DNA from: a virus
IMG/VR virus record: IMGVR_UViG_3300025381_000007
Length of the DNA: 37,326 nucleotides
Direction: 5' to 3' (one strand)
This document shows positions 1-8,144 of this stretch, one piece after another (position 1 is the stretch's first letter; the number at the start of each line of letters is the position of its first letter). The position numbers were made by a program, and so were the translations under genes. The notes under the pieces are model-generated. The model searched no databases. It was not told the DNA's origin and saw nothing but the letters and a program-made list of their open reading frames with translations.

Positions 1-812
1 CCGTAGTTGCCGCCTTGTCCTCCACTGGAATTGCTGCCGCCCGAGCCACCCTGACCAGGACCACCACTGGCTCCTTGGCCCCTATAACCAACGCCCCCGC
101 CGCCATGATTGCTGTTGCTACCTGCGCCCCCGCCGCCGCCGCTACCGGATTGATATCCGGGTTGACCAGTACCACCACTGCCACTATAACCGCCAGCGCC
201 GCCTGCCCAGCCTAGTGAGCCTCCATTGCCGCCATAGCCACCGCCACCCCCGGCATAGGATCCACCGTTACCACCATAAGCATAACTACTGCCGCAGCAA
301 CAACCTGCTGCTGCGCCGCCACCGCCGAGGCCAGCTACTTGCCCGCAGCTAATGAACCAAGAATCAAAACCATTGCCGCCCCCACCAGAACCATTGCCTA
401 CCTGCAGGTTATAACCAGAGCCGGGCGTAACAGAAATGTTATTTCGCCAACCCAGACCTCCACCCCCACCGCCTGCGTAGAAACTTCCATTATAACAAGC
501 GCCGCCACCTCCACCACCAATAGCAACCACACTCACTGAGGTAACCCCAGCAGGAGCAAACCATGTGTAGAGTGACGAAGCGCCGCATGAAAAGTAAGTC
601 GCACACCCACTAGAACTCTTTCCATAAAAGTCACTGAAACTAATACGGGTACCACTGCCCGCTTTTCCCGCCAAACTGCGTAGCGTGGAGCAGTTCAAAC
701 TCAGTGTGGTACGGGCGGTGTCGCCTACTTCAGCGCCGATTTGGTTACGGGATCCACTGCCGCCGGTGCAGTTATTATTCAATCCCAATGTGCCTGATGA
801 TTTAATGGTCAT
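1..812 (-). CDS. Glycine-rich tail adhesin / receptor-binding protein (gp38-like), 3' end off window
   Basis: Hand-translated, absent from the ORF track: MTIKSSGTLGL...ISFSDFYGKS...WFAPAGVTSVSVVAIGGGGG then poly-Gly loops, open to position 1. TAAATA on - at 846-851. Confidence 0.7.
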   Translation of the reverse strand, partial: MTIKSSGTLGLNNNCTGGSGSRNQIGAEVGDTARTTLSLNCSTLRSLAGKAGSGTRISFSDFYGKSSSGCATYFSCGASSLYTWFAPAGVTSVSVVAIGGGGGGACYNGSFYAGGGGGGLGWRNNISVTPGSGYNLQVGNGSGGGGNGFDSWFISCGQVAGLGGGGAAAGCCCGSSYAYGGNGGSYAGGGGGYGGNGGSLGWAGGAGGYSGSGGTGQPGYQSGSGGGGGAGSNSNHGGGGVGYRGQGASGGPGQGGSGGSNSSGGQGGNY

Positions 813-845
813 ATGTATGTGGCCGCCCTATAATATATCTCATGG

Positions 846-864
846 TATTTATCGACTTTAAATA
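846..864. promoter_or_regulatory. Back-to-back divergent late promoters (TAAATA on each strand)
   Basis: TATTTA 846-851 and TAAATA 859-864; core of the T4 late consensus TATAAATA. Confidence 0.6.
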
Positions 865-872
865 CAAGTACA

Positions 873-1091
873 ATGAAAGCCTGGGAACCCATAGACACCA
901 CACCAGTGGCACGCCTTTACAATCAAAATGGCCGTGGCATCAGCATATACCTCAACGATCTCACAATCCTAGCATGGTTTGAAGCCACTCAGCCCCACAA
1001 TGAGTGGACTTGGTTTGACTACCCAAGAACACTGACCATGACCGCCCGAGTCTATACCATGTTCTTGCTCAAATTTGGCAGCGGTATATAA
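873..1091 (+). CDS. Hypothetical protein (C-terminal FLLKFG motif)
   Basis: 72-aa ORF 8 nt after TAAATA. Confidence 0.65.
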   Translation: MKAWEPIDTTPVARLYNQNGRGISIYLNDLTILAWFEATQPHNEWTWFDYPRTLTMTARVYTMFLLKFGSGI

Positions 1092-1138
1092 AAAACACAC
1101 ATTATAACCCCAAAAATATATCATGTGTGTATGTGTGG

Positions 1139-1167
1139 TTGACTAGGTGCCCCGAATCCAGTATAAT
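1139..1167 (+). promoter_or_regulatory. sigma70-type promoter
   Basis: TTGACT-N17-TATAAT. Confidence 0.75.
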
Positions 1168-1205
1168 ATTAACTTCTAAACACACACACGCATATATACA
1201 CGCAT

Positions 1206-1679
1206 ATGACTGAACAAGAAATAGACAGCATTTTGGCTTTGGGCGACCGAGTAATCATGGACATGGCCTGGGATGTTTTGATGTCGGGCAACAGCAAGTG
1301 GTTGTACCAAAGAATCGATGAGGAAACTGGCACCAAGCTCAGTACCGTGCTACATGGCATGAAACTGCGTGCCACCAAGTGCTGGAATCGTAGTCAACGC
1401 ATGGGTTTTGACTACGGTCTAGACATGCAGGATCTAACCCGACTGTGGATCACGCAACGGGGACGATGCGTTATAACCGGTATAGCCATGAGCTTTGAAA
1501 CATCAGCTGACCGTAATCCCCGTAGCTGTAGTGTGGACAGGATTCTCAGCTACAGGGGCTATACCAAGGACAACATTAGACTATGCAGTTTTTGGGCCAA
1601 CAATGCCATGAATGCGTGGGGACGAGACCTCCTAGAAGAAATGATTAGAGCCAGCGCACAGCAAATGAACTTGGTATGA
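1206..1679 (+). CDS. His-Me finger (HNH / Endo VII-like) endonuclease-family protein
   Basis: GRCVITG...SVDRILSYRGYTKDNIRLC...AN pattern typical of phage beta-beta-alpha nucleases. Confidence 0.65.
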   Translation: MTEQEIDSILALGDRVIMDMAWDVLMSGNSKWLYQRIDEETGTKLSTVLHGMKLRATKCWNRSQRMGFDYGLDMQDLTRLWITQRGRCVITGIAMSFETSADRNPRSCSVDRILSYRGYTKDNIRLCSFWANNAMNAWGRDLLEEMIRASAQQMNLV

Positions 1680-1861
1680 CAACATCAATACCCACTGTGA
1701 TACTGAGTTTTTGGCTAGCAGTAAATGGTGTACCACAATGGGTTGAACAGGGGCGATATGCCACACCAGAAGCCTGTAGTCGCGCTGCGCGAAGCGCAAC
1801 GAAAAACAATCCAACCCAAAACCCACCAGTGTGGCGCTGTATATACGCACAGCAACAATAA
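1676..1861 (+). CDS. Hypothetical small protein with hydrophobic N-terminus and two Cys
   Basis: ATGA overlap with upstream gene. Confidence 0.55.
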   Translation: MTTSIPTVILSFWLAVNGVPQWVEQGRYATPEACSRAARSATKNNPTQNPPVWRCIYAQQQ

Positions 1862-1904
1862 CAGTAACTCAGTCACACACACACAATATAAGTAATGTGT
1901 ATAT

Positions 1905-2189
1905 ATGTCAAGAATCACTAGCTTTGAACCCACTAACTACATCCAGCAACAACAGCATCAACAACAGTACGTGCCTGTGAAGTTTGAGTTTACAACAACA
2001 ACGACGTCCACAGAACAGGAAGTGGCTAATAGACAAATACAGGAAAATATACGGCAAGCACTGGCCTATGTGGAACATGTACACGCTGATCAAGAGTGGC
2101 AAGATCACGTATACAGTGACCTAGTGAGCCAAAGACAACATCAAGCCTACATAGCGAGCACCTACGGACTACTGGATATCACAGTGTAA
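1905..2189 (+). CDS. Hypothetical protein with Q/T low-complexity tracts
   Basis: 94-aa ORF; TAAGTA 10 nt upstream. Confidence 0.55.
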   Translation: MSRITSFEPTNYIQQQQHQQQYVPVKFEFTTTTTSTEQEVANRQIQENIRQALAYVEHVHADQEWQDHVYSDLVSQRQHQAYIASTYGLLDITV

Positions 2190-2256
2190 GAAACTCCCTA
2201 CTAGATATATACACTATATACACAGCGTAAAAACCCCGCTGTAGAGGTCTAGTGTG

Positions 2257-2300
2257 AGAACGGTGAAACTATGGTTGAAGAACGGTGAAACTATGGTTGA
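2257..2300 (+). repeat. 22-bp tandem duplication
   Basis: AGAACGGTGAAACTATGGTTGA x2. Confidence 0.9.
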
Positions 2301-2524
2301 CCATTCTACGATAGCCTCCCAACCTGTCAACCACGGTTCAACATTTTAGCCACAGATTTTCTCAAGTTTTTTCACCTTTTCGAGTCATTTTGGAGGGCAT
2401 TCTGGCCTGTTTTACCACCTTTAGGCCGGGTTTTTTCACCGTTGATCATCGTGGTTATAAGCAGGTTTAAACACCCTAAATACAGTGAGTCCACAGTGAG
2501 TCTACGGTGACGACAACCCCCTGA

Positions 2525-2553
2525 TTGCCCAAACCGTGGACTGATGTTATACT
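2525..2553 (+). promoter_or_regulatory. sigma70-type promoter
   Basis: TTGCCC-N17-TATACT with extended -10 TG. Confidence 0.55.
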
Positions 2554-2601
2554 ATATACAGTACATGAAAACCCCGCTGTAGACTTTATACTATATACTA
2601 T

Positions 2602-2847
2602 ATGACACTAAGCAAGGAAGAAGCAGATATACTAGCACTTAAACAGTATACACATGACTATGAGGATGCTGCTATACTGGCCTTTAGAGGAGACTTCTAT
2701 ACACTATACCAAGTGTTCCAGGAGCAGTTTGAAGCGCTAATCAACTATGACAGCACGGAAGACTGCATGGGCACCATAGTATACCGTAGCGGTGGGCGCA
2801 TGATTGCCTACTATGACTGGGAGCGGTTCGCTGGCGCTGTACTATAA
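2602..2847 (+). CDS. Hypothetical protein
   Basis: 81-aa ORF bracketed by two copies of the 15-bp repeat. Confidence 0.65.
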   Translation: MTLSKEEADILALKQYTHDYEDAAILAFRGDFYTLYQVFQEQFEALINYDSTEDCMGTIVYRSGGRMIAYYDWERFAGAVL

Positions 2848-2882
2848 AACCCCGCTGTAGTATATAGTGTATATAGTGTGTA

Positions 2883-3044
2883 CTAGACCACTAGATCCAT
2901 GAACTGCTGTAGGACCTGATGATAAGCTTCTAGTTCCTGCTCTGAGAAGTCTTCCCTATGAGTTTCTATATACTGTAGAGTTTCTAGCAGGGGCATGTCT
3001 AGTTCCCAGCGGATGCTCATTATGGTGTTTAGGGCTTCACTCAT
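2883..3044 (-). CDS. Hypothetical 53-aa protein
   Basis: Hand-translated MSEALNTIMSIRWELDMPLLETLQYIETHREDF...; SD GAGGAG. Confidence 0.7.
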   Translation of the reverse strand: MSEALNTIMSIRWELDMPLLETLQYIETHREDFSEQELEAYHQVLQQFMDLVV

Positions 3045-3047
3045 GGT

Positions 3048-3326
3048 TCACTCCTCGATCAAGTTCAGCATGTTGGCAGGCACTTTCCAAAGTCCTTCAA
3101 TGGTTCTTACTGTTACGTACTTTTGAGCGATCTTGTTGACAGTGCCATTAACTGTGCGGCCCGTTTTAGTACTAGTAAAGTACACACTGTCGCCCAACAT
3201 AAGGCTGCGGATCCGGTTTTTGCCCAGACGTGATTTGGCATACTTAATGGCTTCTTGTATACTGTTAAGTTCATCGTTGGTGTAGTTGCCGGCGATGATT
3301 GTGCTAGCGACGGTGTTTGCGTTCAT
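3048..3326 (-). CDS. Hypothetical protein, C-terminal SH3/KOW-like beta barrel
   Basis: LGDSVYF...GTVNKIAQKYVTV...GLWKVPANML; has its own promoter. Confidence 0.75.
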   Translation of the reverse strand: MNANTVASTIIAGNYTNDELNSIQEAIKYAKSRLGKNRIRSLMLGDSVYFTSTKTGRTVNGTVNKIAQKYVTVRTIEGLWKVPANMLNLIEE

Positions 3327-3356
3327 AGCGAGTGCCTTTCTAGTGTTGATGTGTGT

Positions 3357-3385
3357 ATTGTACTACAGTGAGCTCAAAGTGTCAA
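3357..3385 (-). promoter_or_regulatory. Early sigma70 promoter
   Basis: TTGACA-N17-TACAAT then ACACACATCAACACTAGAAAGG leader. Confidence 0.85.
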
Positions 3386-3422
3386 GAGGTTTACAAAACT
3401 TTACATTCCGTTGTTTTTCTGC

Positions 3423-3480
3423 GATAATGGGGATAATCATTATCCAATACGATTATCGGGGATTATCTCCCCGGATTATC
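3423..3480. promoter_or_regulatory. GATAAT/ATTATC hexamer array with a Fur-box-like palindrome
   Basis: GGATAATCATTATCC at 3431-3445 plus four further hexamers. Confidence 0.4.
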
Positions 3481-3482
3481 AT

Positions 3483-3668
3483 TTAATCAATAACCATATT
3501 AGCAAACTGCATTAACTCCGAATATGTTTCATCGTATGCGATAATCAAATCATTATCGATCTCAGCAAGTTCGTCATAATGATCGCCAATATAACGTACA
3601 GCTTCAATTAATGTAAATCCAGTATCTCTAACATAATTTGCAAATACTACTAAATGATGACGTGACAT
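3483..3668 (-). CDS. Hypothetical early protein
   Basis: 61 aa; SD AGGAG; own promoter. Confidence 0.75.
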   Translation of the reverse strand: MSRHHLVVFANYVRDTGFTLIEAVRYIGDHYDELAEIDNDLIIAYDETYSELMQFANMVID

Positions 3669-3702
3669 AATACTCCTATAATGTTTTAGTGTTTAAGCGT
3701 GT

Positions 3703-3731
3703 ATTATACTGCGTTTTGGCTCAATGAGCAA
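3703..3731 (-). promoter_or_regulatory. Early sigma70 promoter
   Basis: TTGCTC-N17-TATAAT. Confidence 0.8.
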
Positions 3732-3745
3732 GCAACTTTACAATT

Positions 3746-3763
3746 CGTTGTGTTTTTACAACG
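3746..3763. promoter_or_regulatory. Palindromic operator-like site GTTGT-N6-ACAAC (copy 1)
   Basis: CGTTGT-GTTTTT-ACAACG between divergent promoters. Confidence 0.55.
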
Positions 3764-3856
3764 GTAGCTCACTTTACATAACTTTACAATAAACTTGTTG
3801 ACACGCTGGGCAAGAGCTTGTATAATACACACATACACTAAAAAGGAGCACTCACT

Positions 3857-4114
3857 ATGCTTACAAACTGCACTGCTTACGCTAAAATTGTAACTGTAAA
3901 GCGCACTAATACTCAGCGTGTTTTAGTAACTTTTGATAATACAAAAAAGGATAAACATAACTGCATTATAGTTAATAGCCATAATGCTGTATATAAAAGC
4001 GGGGACATTATAAATTTGGAAACTTATAATGCACAACAACGGGCCCATGCTATTGCTACAACTATGCAAAGTGTTAGAGATACCCTGCGTGTCAAAAACA
4101 TTGTGCTAGTTTAA
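3857..4114 (+). CDS. Hypothetical early protein
   Basis: Promoter + AGGAG SD. Confidence 0.8.
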   Translation: MLTNCTAYAKIVTVKRTNTQRVLVTFDNTKKDKHNCIIVNSHNAVYKSGDIINLETYNAQQRAHAIATTMQSVRDTLRVKNIVLV

Positions 4115-4177
4115 AAAAAGACTTGACAGCGGCGCCGTTCCGCTGTATAATACACACTTAAACACTAAAGGAGCACT

Positions 4178-4405
4178 ATGTCAAAAGCACTTAACAAACG
4201 CATTGCCGACGCCTTCGCTACAATTTACGACCAGGGCGACAACGGGCTAGAATACATGGACGGCCATATTGCAATGGACCATGTGTTAATGGAGCATTTT
4301 TACAACGACACGCTAGAGACTCTAAACAAAGAGGACAAAACAAAAATGGCAGTAATGTTAGAGGAAGTTGTAAGCGATATGTCGTTTGACTTAGAGTCTT
4401 TTTGA
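4178..4405 (+). CDS. Hypothetical early protein
   Basis: Promoter + SD. Confidence 0.8.
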   Translation: MSKALNKRIADAFATIYDQGDNGLEYMDGHIAMDHVLMEHFYNDTLETLNKEDKTKMAVMLEEVVSDMSFDLESF

Positions 4406-4441
4406 TGTTATAATACACACATACACTAAAAGGAGCTGACA

Positions 4442-4657
4442 ATGTCTAACTACCCAAATATGAGCTATTGTATGTGCGAGAACACGCTGGCGGCCCTGCG
4501 TCAAGTGTTGAGCGCTATGCAGGAGGAAGGGCCCATGTTCCTGCAGGATATGAGCAGGGACGAGCGACGGGCTTTTGAACAGTTGTTCAACGCTTGCGAA
4601 ACTTTTGTCAATGTGGCAGAAGAGTTGGAAGAAGAGCTTGACACCGCTGAGTTTTGA
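4442..4657 (+). CDS. Hypothetical early protein
   Basis: Promoter + SD; NMSYCMCENT N-terminus. Confidence 0.8.
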   Translation: MSNYPNMSYCMCENTLAALRQVLSAMQEEGPMFLQDMSRDERRAFEQLFNACETFVNVAEELEEELDTAEF

Positions 4658-4694
4658 TAGTATAATACATTTTTAACACACAAAGGAGCTGACT

Positions 4695-4835
4695 ATGGAT
4701 TGGATAGAACTTGCGCTAGAGCAGATAGTTCGAGATGTTGAAGCAGGCGACTTGAGCGCCGTTGCTGAACTGTTGAAGTTTGTGCCCGAAGAGAATCTTA
4801 TTGCTTTTTTACCTGAGGAGATCCAAAATGCCTAA
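4695..4835 (+). CDS. Hypothetical 46-aa early protein
   Basis: Hand-translated MDWIELALEQIVRDVEAGDLSAVAELLKFVPEENLIAFLPEEIQNA; promoter + SD. Confidence 0.75.
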   Translation: MDWIELALEQIVRDVEAGDLSAVAELLKFVPEENLIAFLPEEIQNA

Positions 4836-5424
4836 TTGGTGCTATAACACTGTGGAACTGACCCACGAAGATCCCACTATGATTGCTCGTGCAAAGTCCG
4901 CGTTCTTAGACAAAGGCTTGCTCAATGAGTTCGTGCCCATTCCTGAAGAACTCAAGATCACCGCAGGCTGCTTAGGAGAAGGTGCTGAACAAGCGGCTCT
5001 CGAAGCACGAGAAGCAGCCAACTTGGAGAAGCATGGCTACCGCAACTGGTATGACTACTGCGTCAACGAGTGGGGTACCAAGTGGGATGTCACTGGACAA
5101 GAAGTCAACGATATCCCCAACGGTGTGATCCTGACCTTTGATTCGGCTTGGGCACCTCCCACTGGTGCCTATGACAAGCTCTTGGATTTGGGCTTTGAAG
5201 TTCGTGCTATGTATTACGAACCCGGCATGGGTTTCTGCGGTGTTTGGGACAATGGACAGGACGATGAGTATAGTTTGGGCGGCTTGAACAGCGATGAAGT
5301 AGCGGAGCTCTTGCCCCCTGAACTCGATGAAGCCTATGGTATCTCTGAGTCCATTGCTGAGTATGAGGACGAGGAAAATATCGACATCGAGTTAAACGGC
5401 GGTATTGACAGCATCAACGAATGA
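4828..5424 (+). CDS. DUF1281/YubB (Api92-like) ferredoxin-like domain protein
   Basis: MPNWCYN, WYDY..NEWGTKW, FDSAWAPP and YYEPGMGFCG motifs; SD GAGGAG. Confidence 0.75.
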   Translation: MPNWCYNTVELTHEDPTMIARAKSAFLDKGLLNEFVPIPEELKITAGCLGEGAEQAALEAREAANLEKHGYRNWYDYCVNEWGTKWDVTGQEVNDIPNGVILTFDSAWAPPTGAYDKLLDLGFEVRAMYYEPGMGFCGVWDNGQDDEYSLGGLNSDEVAELLPPELDEAYGISESIAEYEDEENIDIELNGGIDSINE

Positions 5425-5461
5425 CTGTATAATACATACTTACACACTAAGGAGCACCACT

Positions 5462-5836
5462 ATGCAATACTATGACACACTGACTAAGTTTGAACGCAAC
5501 GGTTTGACTGTCATCGTTGACAAGACCTATGAGGACTTGAGCCCACGGGACTTGTTTGAAGAATCGGATGTTGATGAGATCATCCGCAAGATTGATCGTG
5601 GCATCTACGATTGGTTTATGTTGCGTGTTCGTGTTATGTTTGAAGACTTGGAACTGGCTAGTGAGTATTTGGGTGGATGTTGCTATGAAGACGCCAAGGA
5701 AGTGCTCACTGACGGTGTTGCCGAAGACTTGATCTTCGAGGCCATGGCTCACGCCCAAAAGCGAGTCTCAGACTTGGCCAATAAGTTCACATTGAAAACT
5801 TGGGAACTGGCAATGGTTGACAAAGAGTTGGCTTGA
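5462..5836 (+). CDS. Hypothetical early protein
   Basis: Promoter + SD; start MQYYD. Confidence 0.8.
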   Translation: MQYYDTLTKFERNGLTVIVDKTYEDLSPRDLFEESDVDEIIRKIDRGIYDWFMLRVRVMFEDLELASEYLGGCCYEDAKEVLTDGVAEDLIFEAMAHAQKRVSDLANKFTLKTWELAMVDKELA

Positions 5837-5871
5837 TAGTATAATACATACTTCACAACAAGGAGAGGGCT

Positions 5872-6084
5872 ATGGCATATCGCGTTTTGGACACTGTGGA
5901 TCGTATGCGCGACAAGTATGGCCCCCGTAAGGGGCTGGAAGGTCCCTTTAACTTCTCGGGTCGTGTGTTGTACTATGATCCCAAGGAAGGGCAGTACTAT
6001 GATCCTACCACAGACTTCTATGTGAGCCAAGAGGATATGGATTTTATCAACAAAGAGTTTATGGATAGGTTTCGAGCGGCATGA
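5872..6084 (+). CDS. Hypothetical early protein
   Basis: Promoter + SD; YYDPKEGQYYDP repeat. Confidence 0.8.
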   Translation: MAYRVLDTVDRMRDKYGPRKGLEGPFNFSGRVLYYDPKEGQYYDPTTDFYVSQEDMDFINKEFMDRFRAA

Positions 6085-6302
6085 ATGAACGACTACAGTG
6101 GGCCGGCACGGCCTGCTTCATGGTGATGTACGTGTTAATGAGCTTCTTCCCTGAACTGCATCCTTGGAATGTGGTAGCGGGAACGTTAGGGGGCTTATTC
6201 TATATGGCATGGAGTCTGCGTGTCAAGAATCGGCCGCAGATCATTACAAACGGCGTAGGCATCACTGTCTGCGTCTGTGGATTAATAAAATATTTTGGTT
6301 GA
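6081..6302 (+). CDS. Small three-helix membrane protein
   Basis: Three hydrophobic segments; ATGA coupling. Confidence 0.7.
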   Translation: MNERLQWAGTACFMVMYVLMSFFPELHPWNVVAGTLGGLFYMAWSLRVKNRPQIITNGVGITVCVCGLIKYFG

Positions 6303-6348
6303 CAAAGCAGCGTTTTGGTTGTATAATACAATTTTAGGAGCAGCAGAA

Positions 6349-6585
6349 ATGATTCTAGCACACACTCTCAAGACACTTATCTCATTTGAAGCACCCATGC
6401 TGAGTAGTTTGGCTGGGGAAGAATACACTGGCGCTGAGTTCCTGGGTATCACCAACGGCGGCGAGTTTTGCTATACCGTAAACTTCCTGGTCAAAGGTGG
6501 CACTGACAGCAAAAAAGTATTCCTGAGATTTGATGCAGGCAGCGTGAAATTGGTTGACAAAGAACACGCTTGGCACTATAATTAA
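6349..6585 (+). CDS. Hypothetical early protein
   Basis: Promoter + SD; start MILAH. Confidence 0.75.
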   Translation: MILAHTLKTLISFEAPMLSSLAGEEYTGAEFLGITNGGEFCYTVNFLVKGGTDSKKVFLRFDAGSVKLVDKEHAWHYN

Positions 6586-6609
6586 GACTTACACACACTA
6601 GGAGCACAC

Positions 6610-6849
6610 ATGAAAGTATCAGCACTCATCGAAATGTTGCGTGACTTCCCAGAAGATGCCGAAGTCCATTTCTCGTATAACTACGGCGATCACTGGCGTA
6701 CTGAAGTCGCTCCCCGTGTGAACCAAGTGTTCGAGGGCATTGTCAAACATAGTGACTATCACCGTATGGACAAGCTCATGGACGAGCATGACATGTACGA
6801 AGATGAAGGCGACTTCGAAGGTACTCGCCGTGTAGTAGTTATTGGTTGA
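6610..6849 (+). CDS. Hypothetical early protein (V..LI..L.....D.EV family)
   Basis: Promoter + SD. Confidence 0.8.
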   Translation: MKVSALIEMLRDFPEDAEVHFSYNYGDHWRTEVAPRVNQVFEGIVKHSDYHRMDKLMDEHDMYEDEGDFEGTRRVVVIG

Positions 6850-6904
6850 CAGTTGAGCAAAACGGCGTTATAATATACACTTAAACACACTAGGAGTATT
6901 ACAA

Positions 6905-7372
6905 ATGGGAACACGAAGCACTATCGCATTGGAATTCGCAGACGGTACCGTAGAGCAGATCTACTGCCACTGGGATGGCTACTTGGAACACAATGGCGCT
7001 ATCCTGCGCGATCACTATTCAGATCCATTCGTATTGCGCGATTTGATTGACATGGGTGATATGAGTTCGCTGGGCAAGGTCATTGGTGAGGCACATCCGT
7101 TCAGCCCGCACTCTAGCCCAGAAGACAAGGCCCTGTACGAAGCCGCTCGTGAAGCAGGCTACTGCACATTCTACGCACGAGATCGTGGCGAGACTGGTGT
7201 AAGTGCCAAGAAGTTCGCAGACTTTGAGGACTACAGAAAGAATCACCAGTATGAAGAATACGAATACATCCTGCGCAACATCGACGGCCGGGCCACTTGG
7301 TTCGTTGATGATCACGGCGGCGGCTATGTAACATTGGCAGAAGCATTTCAAAAGGAAGAGGTCGCAGCATGA
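6905..7372 (+). CDS. Conserved phage hypothetical protein (MGTRS...YCHWDGY family)
   Basis: Recognisable motif; promoter + SD. Confidence 0.8.
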   Translation: MGTRSTIALEFADGTVEQIYCHWDGYLEHNGAILRDHYSDPFVLRDLIDMGDMSSLGKVIGEAHPFSPHSSPEDKALYEAAREAGYCTFYARDRGETGVSAKKFADFEDYRKNHQYEEYEYILRNIDGRATWFVDDHGGGYVTLAEAFQKEEVAA

Positions 7373-7542
7373 GCAAGATGAATGAACTGAACTACGAGAT
7401 TGAACAACTCTACATCGAGGGCTATCGCCCTTCGACCATAGCCACAAGGCTTGGCATCGCTGTGGACATTGTCTATCAGTGGATTGAAAACGAGAGCCTG
7501 GCTCAAAGTGAGTATGATCCCTACGAAACAATCAATTCATAA
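7369..7542 (+). CDS. Small helix-turn-helix protein (57 aa)
   Basis: Hand-translated ...LYIEGYRPSTIATRLGIAVDIVYQWI...; ATGA coupling. Confidence 0.7.
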   Translation: MSKMNELNYEIEQLYIEGYRPSTIATRLGIAVDIVYQWIENESLAQSEYDPYETINS

Positions 7543-7562
7543 GTGTTGTGAAAATACAACAC
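7543..7562. promoter_or_regulatory. Palindromic operator-like site (copy 2)
   Basis: GTGTTGT-GAAAAT-ACAACAC, 8 nt before a -35. Confidence 0.6.
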
Positions 7563-7657
7563 AAAAAGAGTTGACAGATAAACCATTTGACATTACAATA
7601 TATACATAAGTTGAAAGATCGACTTATATTTTTTAAACACACACAGAAAGGTATTTT

Positions 7658-8101
7658 ATGACTGATAAGCTCTTCTCCCACGCTGGTTTTTCCCTCCACA
7701 AAGGCTCTTACAAAGCTCGTTTCGCCAATGATGCTCTCCGCGTCAAGGTTCTCGAAAAGGATGGCCATACTGACATCCAAATGACTGCGTTGATTCAACC
7801 TTCTACCAAACAAGAAGCTGTTGAAGCACTGTTGAAGGCCAACTTCGCAGGTGAGAACGCATTGGCCAAGGCCGCATTGGAAGCCGAGTTGGACAAGCGT
7901 AGCGACGCTCCTAAAGCAGTAAAGGCCACTCCTAAGGCCAAAGCAGCTCCTAAGGCCAAGGCCAAGAAGGACATCACACTGGACTCTATCATGGCCAAGG
8001 CTATCACTAGCCCTGTAGAGATTCCTCAGGTTGCCGCTAAGGAAAAGTCTCGTGCAGAGATCCAAGCAGAATTGGATGCCATGGACGCCGCTCCATTCTA
8101 A
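7658..8101 (+). CDS. Hypothetical protein with Lys/Ala/Pro-rich histone-H1-like linker
   Basis: PKAVKATPKAKAAPKAKAKK. Confidence 0.8.
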   Translation: MTDKLFSHAGFSLHKGSYKARFANDALRVKVLEKDGHTDIQMTALIQPSTKQEAVEALLKANFAGENALAKAALEAELDKRSDAPKAVKATPKAKAAPKAKAKKDITLDSIMAKAITSPVEIPQVAAKEKSRAEIQAELDAMDAAPF

Positions 8102-8115
8102 CCCTGGTGTGACAG

Positions 8116-8144
8116 GAAAGGGGTTGACACAGCCCCTTTCTTCT
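8116..8144 (+). terminator. Terminator-like hairpin overlapping the next -35
   Basis: GAAAGGGGTTG-ACA-CAGCCCCTTTC-TTCT. Confidence 0.6.

Larger units (their letters stand above)
2230..2860 (+). repeat. Three dispersed copies of AAAACCCCGCTGTAG
   Basis: Exact copies at 2230-2244, 2568-2582 and 2846-2860. Confidence 0.9.

Noticed and set aside
15-539. Plus-strand Ala/Thr-rich ORFs
   Set aside because: Shadows of the minus-strand Gly-rich gene.
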